Below the pieces are notes generated by a model. That model ran no database searches. It was not told where the DNA came from and saw only the letters and a list, made by a program, of their open reading frames with translations. Made by a program: the position numbers and the translations under genes. DNA of 64,000 nucleotides from Candidatus Uhrbacteria bacterium (lineage in GTDB: Bacteria > Patescibacteriota > Patescibacteriia > UBA9934 > GWF2-40-263): contig JAERTI010000036.1 of assembly GCA_016844925.1 (NCBI GenBank), forward strand, positions 11,053 through 75,052. The letters are read 5' to 3'. Below, in pieces: positions 56,997 through 64,000 of the stretch (within the stretch, counting starts at the first letter, position 1; each line of letters begins with the position of its first letter).

Positions 56997-59021
56997 ATGG
57001 GCGCTCGAAAGCTGAAGATCGCAGGGGGCGGCATCGACCGTTCCGCACTGCGCAAGAACACGGACGCGTACCTACGCTGGGTGGACATGTTCATCGAGCT
57101 GGCCAGCAACATCGAAGACGCTGGCGGCAACGAGGTCACCATCAAGTTCATGCGCATCAAGCGCAAGCTCTGTGTGCTGGTCTGGGGCAACGGCCCCGGC
57201 GTCATCAACTGGACTCCCTTCGTGAGCCTGCTGAACAGCCCCAGCGAGTCGGACCTGACCAAGCGTGGCAAGATGGGCTCGGGTTCCAAGTCCCCCCTGC
57301 GCCACGGCCAGGAGGTGACCTACCAGAGCCTGCGCCGCGGCGCCTCGCGCCTGCAGCAGCTCAGCTACACCGCCGAGCTGCTGGAGACCATTCTCCACGA
57401 CGGCGTGGAGCCCGAGCTGCTGGAGCTGGAGATCCCGGCCGGCTGCCCCCTGACCGGGAGCGGTCTGCTGGTGACCATCACGGGCATCGGCAAGGGGCCG
57501 TCGCAGTACGTCGACCCCAAGGAGGACCGCTCGTTCAAGCGGGCCATGGAGGACTACTCCACCCTGGCCTCGCGTTCGCTCGCGCACATGACCACGTTCA
57601 TCGACGAGCGTGGGCACAAGCACCAGGTCAAGCCCCGTGAGCTCGACGGCGAGCTCATCGAGCTGACCGGGGAGATCCCCGGTCTGGGCCCCATCGGCGC
57701 GCACGTGTCGGTGGCCAGCAAGCCCAACCGCCAGGAGCGCCTCTCGGTGTGGTCGCACGACCGCGCCTGCACCATGGGAGAGTTCCTGCGCCAGGCGGCG
57801 CGCATCCCGTCCAACCGTGATCTGGCCCTGCGCCTGCTCAAGGTCCTGGACGTCCCGCTCGTGCTCGGCGAGGTGAGCTGCAAGGGCTTCGGTCCGCACC
57901 ACGTCCGTGGGGCCAACACCGGCTTCATGCAGAGCCTGTACAACGACGAGGAGACCGTCTTCCTGTTCCTGCAGTGGCTGCAGGACAACCTGGTGCCCAA
58001 GGTGCTCGCCATCATGGGAGCTCCCGAGCCGGAGCAGGAGACCACCGACTCGGACCTGTGCCGAGAGCTGGTGCAGCGCTTCCAGCAGATCGGCGGCGCT
58101 CCCGAGGACGACACGGACACGCACGACCTGAACACCACGCAGCTGTCCACCGACCCCACGGTCATCACCCTGGAGTGCGGAGACGACTGCTGGATCACGC
58201 TCGGAGGAGCGCCTGAGGGTGCCTCTGTGCGGTGGGATGCCAAGAGCAGCGGAGGCTCGCTCAACCGCACCAGCGGCAAGCGCGTGCACTTCACCGCTGG
58301 CACGGACCGTGGCAAGTACAGGCTGTACATCCACGTGAACAAGGTCGTCCACGCGGTGCAGGTGGAGCTGTTCACCCGCCTGACCCCCAAGCTGCGTCAG
58401 CGCACCCGCACGGGCGCGCCCGACCAGATCATCACCTGGACCCTGGACCACACCGGTCACATCAAGGGCAAGGTGCAGTGGCGTCTGAACCCGCAAGACG
58501 CGGGAACGCTGGAGATCGCCGAGGACACCTTCTCGTGCAGGCACCGCCTGCCGGGCGTGACCACCAAGCCCATCGAGATCTTCCCCACGGGGAAGCTCGA
58601 CGACGGCACGAACATGAACCTCAAGGGCATGGTCATGGTGGCCCCCCGTTCGACCAAGCCGAGGGAATCCACGCCGCGCAAGCGGTCGGCTGTGGAGTGG
58701 ACGCTCGACGGCCACACCTACGCCCTGAAGATGTTCCGCGGCGGAGCGTCCAAGGACCTCGAGTCCTGCATGGTCGACCCGCACGACGAGGAGCCCTACA
58801 CCACGATCTTCATCAACCTGGCGCATCCCAAGTTCCAGGGCTCGGCCACCACGCGTCAGCGGGTGGCCGAGGTGGAGATCGCGGACGCCATCTCGGGTGA
58901 CGAGATGCGTCGCAAGCAGACGAACCTGCGCACCCGCAGGACGCTCAGCGCCGAGGACATGCTCCAGACCGTGCGCGAGCGTGCCAACGAGCTCTTCGTC
59001 CAGCTGATCCAGCTGGGCTAG
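56997..59021 (+). CDS. GC-rich ~675-aa protein with an N-terminal GHKL (Bergerat-fold, Hsp90/MutL/MORC-like) ATPase-like region and a large uncharacterised C-terminal region
   Basis: N-box-like ..FIELASNIEDAGGNEV.., G1-like ..VWGNGPGV.., G2-like ..GKMGSGSKS.. in the canonical order and spacing; GGAGAG-N6-ATG; terminator CCCCGACAACGCAACGTCGGGG+TTTTTTC at 59045-59080. The assignment is motif-based inference only. Confidence 0.5.
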   Translation: MGARKLKIAGGGIDRSALRKNTDAYLRWVDMFIELASNIEDAGGNEVTIKFMRIKRKLCVLVWGNGPGVINWTPFVSLLNSPSESDLTKRGKMGSGSKSPLRHGQEVTYQSLRRGASRLQQLSYTAELLETILHDGVEPELLELEIPAGCPLTGSGLLVTITGIGKGPSQYVDPKEDRSFKRAMEDYSTLASRSLAHMTTFIDERGHKHQVKPRELDGELIELTGEIPGLGPIGAHVSVASKPNRQERLSVWSHDRACTMGEFLRQAARIPSNRDLALRLLKVLDVPLVLGEVSCKGFGPHHVRGANTGFMQSLYNDEETVFLFLQWLQDNLVPKVLAIMGAPEPEQETTDSDLCRELVQRFQQIGGAPEDDTDTHDLNTTQLSTDPTVITLECGDDCWITLGGAPEGASVRWDAKSSGGSLNRTSGKRVHFTAGTDRGKYRLYIHVNKVVHAVQVELFTRLTPKLRQRTRTGAPDQIITWTLDHTGHIKGKVQWRLNPQDAGTLEIAEDTFSCRHRLPGVTTKPIEIFPTGKLDDGTNMNLKGMVMVAPRSTKPRESTPRKRSAVEWTLDGHTYALKMFRGGASKDLESCMVDPHDEEPYTTIFINLAHPKFQGSATTRQRVAEVEIADAISGDEMRRKQTNLRTRRTLSAEDMLQTVRERANELFVQLIQLG

Positions 59022-59135
59022 AGCCGGTCGAGCCACAAAGCACGACCAACCCCCGACAACGCAACGTCGGGGTTTTTTCATTGACAAAAACACCCAGGAC
59101 AGCTACCCTCCGGGCGTTATTTACTCCCATTTATT

Positions 59136-60428
59136 ATGCCAAACGTAGAAATCGAGAACTTGGAAAAAAACCAAGTAAAGCTCACATTTACCGTGAGTGC
59201 TGAAGAAGCTAAGCCCTACATGGAAGAAGCGGCGAAGGCCATCTCTCAGCAGACCAAGATCCCGGGCTTCCGCCCAGGAAAGGCTGATTATGAAGTGGTT
59301 AAGCAGCGCGTTGGAGAAATGAAGCTTTTAGAAGAGGCTCTTCAGAGCATCATCCGCAAGTCTTTCGTTTCAGCCGTGCTCGAGCATGACATCGACACTG
59401 TGGGCTCCCCACAAATTGACGTCGGTAAGCTCGCCCCAGGAAACGACATCGAGTTCACCGCTGTGGTAACAAAGATGCCACAAACCACTGAGCTCGCTGA
59501 CTTTGCAAAACTCACCGTGAAGAAGCAGACACCTGAGGTGAAGGACGAAGAGATCGACACTGCCCTGCGTGACGTACAGCGCATGCAGACCAAAGAAGTG
59601 CGTGGTACAGCCGAGGAGGCCGTTACCATCGAGGACAAGGTGGTCGTATCCATGAACATGAAGCTCGAGGGCGTGCCTGTGGAAGGTGGTCAGTCACCAA
59701 ACCACGCCATCTACTTGAACGAGGACTACTACATCCCAGGTCTGAAGGACCAGGTGGTCGGGCTCAAGGAAGGTGAGGAGAAGACCTTTACCCTCCCGTT
59801 CCCAGAGAACCACGTGCAGGACATGCTTGCAGGAAAGGACGTTGAGTTTGAGGTAAAAGTGAAGGAACTCTTCCACCTGCAGCCACCAGAACTCGATGAC
59901 GAGTTCGCTAAGGGCCTTGGCATGAAGGACATGGCCATGCTCCGCGAGACCGTTCAGAAAAACTTGCTCACAGAAAAAGAAGGAGAGGCTCGTGCAAGTG
60001 AAGAACGTGAGATGCTTGAGGCTGTGGCAAAGAAATCAAAGTTTGAAGACATTCCAGATCTGCTCATCAACGAGGAGATCCACAAGATGATCGAGGAGCT
60101 CAAGCGCGCTGTGGAGTCACAGGGGCTCGAGTTCGACACGTACCTGCAGAACATGAACAAGACCCTGCCGCAGATGAAGATCGACTTCTCTCCGCAGGCC
60201 CTCATGCGCATCAAGGTCGCCTTGGCTATGCGCGCTGTGGCGAAACAGGAAAAGATCGCTGTGGAGGAAGCAGAGCTCGATGCAGAGCTCGACCGCATTG
60301 CTGAGCAGTACAAAGAAAATAAAGAAGCACAGCAGCAAATCTTCTCCCCACAGCACCGCGACTACATGGAGCAGATCCTGCGCAACCGCAAGGTCATCGA
60401 GTTCCTCCGTGGCGCTATGGTCAAATAG
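59136..60428 (+). CDS. tig: Trigger factor
   Basis: Full-length trigger factor architecture (..GFRPGKAD.. ribosome-binding signature-like, PPIase, C-terminal arm). TTGACA promoter immediately after the upstream terminator. Confidence 0.85.
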   Translation: MPNVEIENLEKNQVKLTFTVSAEEAKPYMEEAAKAISQQTKIPGFRPGKADYEVVKQRVGEMKLLEEALQSIIRKSFVSAVLEHDIDTVGSPQIDVGKLAPGNDIEFTAVVTKMPQTTELADFAKLTVKKQTPEVKDEEIDTALRDVQRMQTKEVRGTAEEAVTIEDKVVVSMNMKLEGVPVEGGQSPNHAIYLNEDYYIPGLKDQVVGLKEGEEKTFTLPFPENHVQDMLAGKDVEFEVKVKELFHLQPPELDDEFAKGLGMKDMAMLRETVQKNLLTEKEGEARASEEREMLEAVAKKSKFEDIPDLLINEEIHKMIEELKRAVESQGLEFDTYLQNMNKTLPQMKIDFSPQALMRIKVALAMRAVAKQEKIAVEEAELDAELDRIAEQYKENKEAQQQIFSPQHRDYMEQILRNRKVIEFLRGAMVK

Positions 60429-60487
60429 ACCATCTAGGCAAAAAAGAATGAACAGTGATAGAGTGGTTAAACCACTCTATTTGTTTT

Positions 60488-61282
60488 ATGAGCCCAGCAG
60501 ACATCGCACAAAAAGCCGCACGAAAGGCCGGTTCGCTCATTCTTGAAGCGTTCCCTTGTCATAAAAATGTGCAGTTAAAAGAGGATTGTTCTCCTGTCAC
60601 AGAAACAGACCACGCCAGCCATGAACTGATTTCGCGCCTCATCTTAGACCAATTCCCAGGACACACCATCTTAAGCGAAGAGCAGCCTGGCGCGCTTGAA
60701 ACCCCTATTACCAATGAACCAACATGGGTCCTTGACCCCATCGACGGAACAAGCAACTTTATTGCGGGTATTCCTTTGTTTGCTGTGGCTATTGCCTATT
60801 TAGAAAACCGTGAGACCAAGATGGGTCTCATTTTTGATCCTTTGCACGATGAGATGTTCGTAGCCGTCGCGGGAGAAGGCGCAACACTCAACGGAGAGGC
60901 TATTCACGTGAGCGACAAACCGTCCGCGCGAGGAGCTATGTTGTTTGCAGGAAGGGGATACAAGGACCGCGACCAGGATCGTCATGGCCAAATCATCTAC
61001 GCCCTTGAGCAGCAAACAACGTACTTCCGCCGGCTCGGAACCGCCGCACTCATGCTCTCTTCTGTGGCTGCTGGCCGAGCAGACAGCGTCATCCTCACAG
61101 GATCAAAATCCTGGGACGTCGTCGCCGGTGCCCTCCTCATCCAGGAAGCTGGTGGGAAGATCACGGACTACTGCGGCAAGGCATGGACCTTGGACAGCGA
61201 AGACATGGTCGCCACCAACGGCCGTCTCCATGACCAACTAGTAGACATCACAAAAATCCAAGACGGGGCAAAATGCCTATGA
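60488..61282 (+). CDS. Inositol monophosphatase family protein
   Basis: ..WVLDPIDGTSNF.. and ..WDVVAGALLIQEAGG.. Confidence 0.75.
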   Translation: MSPADIAQKAARKAGSLILEAFPCHKNVQLKEDCSPVTETDHASHELISRLILDQFPGHTILSEEQPGALETPITNEPTWVLDPIDGTSNFIAGIPLFAVAIAYLENRETKMGLIFDPLHDEMFVAVAGEGATLNGEAIHVSDKPSARGAMLFAGRGYKDRDQDRHGQIIYALEQQTTYFRRLGTAALMLSSVAAGRADSVILTGSKSWDVVAGALLIQEAGGKITDYCGKAWTLDSEDMVATNGRLHDQLVDITKIQDGAKCL

Positions 61283-61500
61283 TGCTCACCTGCCACGTCC
61301 GCCCAGGAGCACGCGAGAATCGCGTCGAGTGGCTGAGTGATACTGAGGCGAAGGTGTGGCTAACTGCCGCACCAGAGAAGGGGAAGGCGAATAAGGCACT
61401 GATCGATCTGCTGGCAAAGGATCTAGGGATCGCCAAGAGTCGAATCGAGATCAAGTACGGAAAGACGGCAAAGGTGAAGACCCTTGAAATTGATACATAA
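61273..61500 (+). CDS. DUF167 (YggU-like) small protein
   Basis: ORF track; terminator AACCACCGTCTAAACGGTGG+TTTTTATTTT after the stop. Confidence 0.55.
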   Translation: MPMMLTCHVRPGARENRVEWLSDTEAKVWLTAAPEKGKANKALIDLLAKDLGIAKSRIEIKYGKTAKVKTLEIDT

Positions 61501-61510
61501 AAACCACCGT

Positions 61511-61792
61511 TTAGACGGTGGTTTTTATTTTGCTCTTTTCTGGCGGCTCATCAACTCCTCCTTGATTAAACGGATTGCATCTCAGGATGCGCCACGCTGT
61601 CAGGACACCTCCCTTCATCACCCCATGATCCTCGATGCACTTATACCCATATTGTGAACAGGTGGGATAAAAGCGGCAGTAGCCTTGGGGATAGAGCTTA
61701 CTGGGAAGTCCGTGATCAAATGAAAGGGTCTTTTGGTACAGACGAATCACGCCCAGCAACGCGAGACGGGGGAGAGCGAAGACCCATCTCAT
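61511..61792 (-). CDS. yidD: Membrane protein insertion efficiency factor YidD
   Basis: ..[25 protein letters not shown].. is a canonical YidD. Confidence 0.85.
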   Translation of the reverse strand: MRWVFALPRLALLGVIRLYQKTLSFDHGLPSKLYPQGYCRFYPTCSQYGYKCIEDHGVMKGGVLTAWRILRCNPFNQGGVDEPPEKSKIKTTV

Positions 61793-62130
61793 ACAAGCAA
61801 CTTCGCCTTGTCCAAGGTCTTCATGAGCTGCTCTTCGATTTCACTCGACTTCTTTCCAACAGCTTCTTTGCGAACAATGAGGAGGACGTCATACCCAGGA
61901 ACAATCTCATCTAAATGACTATGCACAATTGTGCGCACTTGCCGCTTCACACGGTTTCGGTCAACAGCCTTTTTGGAGACTTTTACCCCCGCCGCTACAG
62001 CAAAACGAGAAACGTTCAGATCGTTCTTTTGTGCCTTCACTCCCACGTACATACCAAAGACGCTCTTGCCTTTGGCAGAGAGCGTTTTGATATCCTTATC
62101 TGATTTTAGCCTATGCGCCTGAGGCAACAT
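61789..62130 (-). CDS. rnpA: Ribonuclease P protein component
   Basis: ..[39 protein letters not shown].. The ORF-track entry 61789..62295 is over-extended into rpmH. The start ATG at 62128-62130 is directly after the rpmH stop. Confidence 0.8.
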   Translation of the reverse strand: MLPQAHRLKSDKDIKTLSAKGKSVFGMYVGVKAQKNDLNVSRFAVAAGVKVSKKAVDRNRVKRQVRTIVHSHLDEIVPGYDVLLIVRKEAVGKKSSEIEEQLMKTLDKAKLLV

Positions 62131-62131
62131 A

Positions 62132-62269
62132 TTACGCACTAAGCTGCTTGCGACCCTTTGCACGGCGACGCTTGAGAACGTTCTTGCCGCCTGGGGTAGC
62201 CATGCGTGCGCGGAAGCCGTGCACCTTGGCACGCTGCTTCGTCTTTGGCTGGTGAGTTCGTTTAGGCAT
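62132..62269 (-). CDS. rpmH: 50S ribosomal protein L34
   Basis: Manual translation gives [45 protein letters not shown]; not in the ORF track (too short). Confidence 0.9.
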   Translation of the reverse strand: MPKRTHQPKTKQRAKVHGFRARMATPGGKNVLKRRRAKGRKQLSA

Positions 62270-62450
62270 ATATTTTTACGAGGAAACTGTAACACATTTA
62301 AAGCATCGAGATGCTAACACACTATCCACAGATGATCAACCCATATACACAGTTGCACCCCACTTGCCCACATGTGGATAGATGATCTAAACTACACGGC
62401 ACGTGTAACTTTTTAGGAGGATTTTTGCCCTTCATTCATACTCGCACCCT
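62270..62450. other. Probable chromosomal replication origin region (oriC) between rpmH and dnaA with DnaA boxes CTATCCACA (62325-62333) and TGTGGATAG (62375-62383) and GATC sites
   Basis: Conserved rnpA-rpmH | dnaA synteny plus DnaA-box nonamers read directly. The DNA-unwinding AT-rich element is not obvious and may lie downstream of dnaA, beyond or at the window end. Confidence 0.6.
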
Positions 62451-63863
62451 ATGAATACCAATGAACTTTGGCAAGCTGTACTCGGTGAGCTTGAACTTAC
62501 CCTCAGTAAAGCCAACTTTACCACCTGGTTTAAACACACATTCATTTCACATGTGGATGAAAACTCTGTGGTCATTGGTGTTCCAAACATGTTTACCAAA
62601 GCATGGCTTGAAAAGAAATATTCGAAGGAGATCCTTCGTTCACTGCAGGAACTTTCAAACAACTCTATTAAGCAGCTAACTTATCGCGTCGAGGCGCGAC
62701 CAGCTGCCCCACAGGCTGTCCCCGTTTTTGAAAAAGAAAAGGCACCAGAGCCTGCACCATCATACGCCCAGCCAACACACTACGGGCAAACACACACCCA
62801 TACACACGCGGCTCCAGTAAAAGAAATCCGTACGGGTGAATTCTCACTTAATGGGAAGTACTGCTTCGGTACCTTTATTGTTGGTAAACAAAATGAACTT
62901 GCCCACGCCGCCTCTCAAGCTGTGAGCACACAGCCGGGCGGTGTTTATAATCCACTATTTATCTACGGCGGTGTAGGACTGGGGAAAACACACCTCCTCC
63001 AAGCGATCGGAAACGAGTTGATGCGCAAAAACCCTAATACAAAGATCCTTTACGTTACTTGTGAGCGTTTCACCAACGACTTCATTGGTGCACTGCGATC
63101 AAACCGCATTAACGAATTCAAGAACCGTTACCGCACTGTGGATGTTTTGTTAGTAGATGACATTCAGTTCATTACGGGTAAAGAGGGGACGCAGGAGGAG
63201 TTCTTCCACACGTTCAACCAGCTCTATCAAAACAATAAACAGATTGTCATCTCGTCAGACCGACCTCCTAAGGCGATCCCTGCACTGGAGGACCGGCTCG
63301 TCTCCCGCTTTGAGTGCGGCATGCTCGCAGACGTTGGTTCACCAGATTTTGAGACGCGCTGCGCTATTTTGGACACAAAATGTAGGGAAAAACAGTATCA
63401 AATGGAGCGAGAGATCATGCATCACGTTGCCACTGTTGTGCAGACAAACGTACGTGAGCTCGAAGGGGCGCTCAATAAAATCATCGCGTTCCACCAATTC
63501 AAGAACGCTCGCCCAACACTCGACACCGTAAAACCGATCCTCACAAGCTTCCAGCCAGCGTCCATTCGAAAGAGTGTCACGCCAAAACAACTGATCCAGA
63601 CTGTGGCTGTCTACTTCGACATTCAAATAGAAGACCTTCTTGGAAAGAGCCGACAAAAACGCCTCGCATTCCCTCGCCAAATTGTGATGTACCTCATGCG
63701 AGAGGAAATGAAGTCCTCCTATCCATCTATTGGTACTGAACTTGGAGGCCGCGACCACACCACCGCCATGCACGCGTACGACAAAATCTCGAACTGTCTG
63801 TTGGAAGATGAAAAATTGCAGCACGACCTAGAGCTCATCAAACAAAAGATGTACGCCATGTAA
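62451..63863 (+). CDS. dnaA: Chromosomal replication initiator protein DnaA
   Basis: Walker A GGVGLGKTHLLQAIGN, sensor/box VII, C-terminal DNA-binding domain (..DHTTAMHAYDKI..). Confidence 0.95.
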   Translation: MNTNELWQAVLGELELTLSKANFTTWFKHTFISHVDENSVVIGVPNMFTKAWLEKKYSKEILRSLQELSNNSIKQLTYRVEARPAAPQAVPVFEKEKAPEPAPSYAQPTHYGQTHTHTHAAPVKEIRTGEFSLNGKYCFGTFIVGKQNELAHAASQAVSTQPGGVYNPLFIYGGVGLGKTHLLQAIGNELMRKNPNTKILYVTCERFTNDFIGALRSNRINEFKNRYRTVDVLLVDDIQFITGKEGTQEEFFHTFNQLYQNNKQIVISSDRPPKAIPALEDRLVSRFECGMLADVGSPDFETRCAILDTKCREKQYQMEREIMHHVATVVQTNVRELEGALNKIIAFHQFKNARPTLDTVKPILTSFQPASIRKSVTPKQLIQTVAVYFDIQIEDLLGKSRQKRLAFPRQIVMYLMREEMKSSYPSIGTELGGRDHTTAMHAYDKISNCLLEDEKLQHDLELIKQKMYAM

Positions 63864-64000
63864 AAACGCACTCCACAAGTTTCCCACGGGGATGAGATGG
63901 GGAAGAGGGTGTCCATAGCTATGTGTATGACACCGTTGATATGTGGGTACAACTCACCCTCCCCTTAGGACCCCTAAAGATATCCTCCCATCACCCACAG

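Noticed and set aside
52014-59093. Long minus-strand ORFs 52014..53843, 55665..56921 and 57072..59093
   Set aside because: Antisense shadows of the GC-rich plus-strand genes. They lack start signals and have shadow-frame composition.
1-64000. CRISPR arrays, IS elements or transposases, integron attC sites, rRNA genes
   Set aside because: No short regularly spaced repeats, no transposase-like ORFs or terminal inverted repeats, and no rRNA-like conserved stretches were seen on reading the sequence.

Overview
The window is a mosaic. The backbone is conserved bacterial core genes at moderate GC, roughly 45-50% by eye. It includes the chromosomal origin: yidD-rnpA-rpmH, then a DnaA-box region (TATCCACAG / TGTGGATAG at ~62.3 kb), then dnaA. 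Other core genes are polA, holA, rpsT, rmuC, rpsO, pnp, lspA, comM/yifB, uppS, rnhB, hppA (H+-PPase), tig, an IMPase, a Xer-type tyrosine recombinase, a TrmB-family regulator, DsbA/thioredoxin-like proteins and three tRNAs (Arg-CCT, His-GTG, Arg-TCT). At the left end there is a 4-gene minus-strand operon of very large repetitive secreted surface proteins (1..7951). Into this backbone are set at least six visibly GC-rich blocks, roughly 60-66% GC by eye: ~14.50-15.66 kb, 16.55-19.30 kb, 20.55-23.34 kb, 25.38-26.10 kb, 30.60-32.52 kb, 41.62-42.24 kb and a large one at 48.04-59.09 kb. They hold ~25 ORFs, and almost none look like housekeeping genes. Nearly every GC-rich ORF is built as its own module: a sigma70-like promoter (TTGAC[AG]-N16-18-TAnnnT), a GGAGG-type RBS, the ORF, then a GC hairpin followed by a characteristic T-run (TTTTTTCTTT). 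Modules often sit directly against a neighbouring host terminator or promoter. The 11-kb block at 48.0-59.1 kb carries a KH-domain protein, an HTH protein, a putative GHKL-type ATPase and several large hypothetical proteins, with back-to-back divergent promoters. It is the best candidate for an undescribed accessory or defence-like system, but no component could be assigned to a known system from sequence alone. Other items are a 17-bp direct repeat of the tRNA-His 3' end 150 bp downstream of the gene (integration scar next to a GC-rich block), a candidate ~390-nt ncRNA with its own promoter and terminator, DnaA boxes far from dnaA, and a palindromic operator upstream of the surface-protein operon. 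It is unresolved whether the GC-rich modules are natural horizontal acquisitions (e.g. from a high-GC donor), an assembly chimera, or an engineered/generated construct. The uniform regulatory parts are striking either way.
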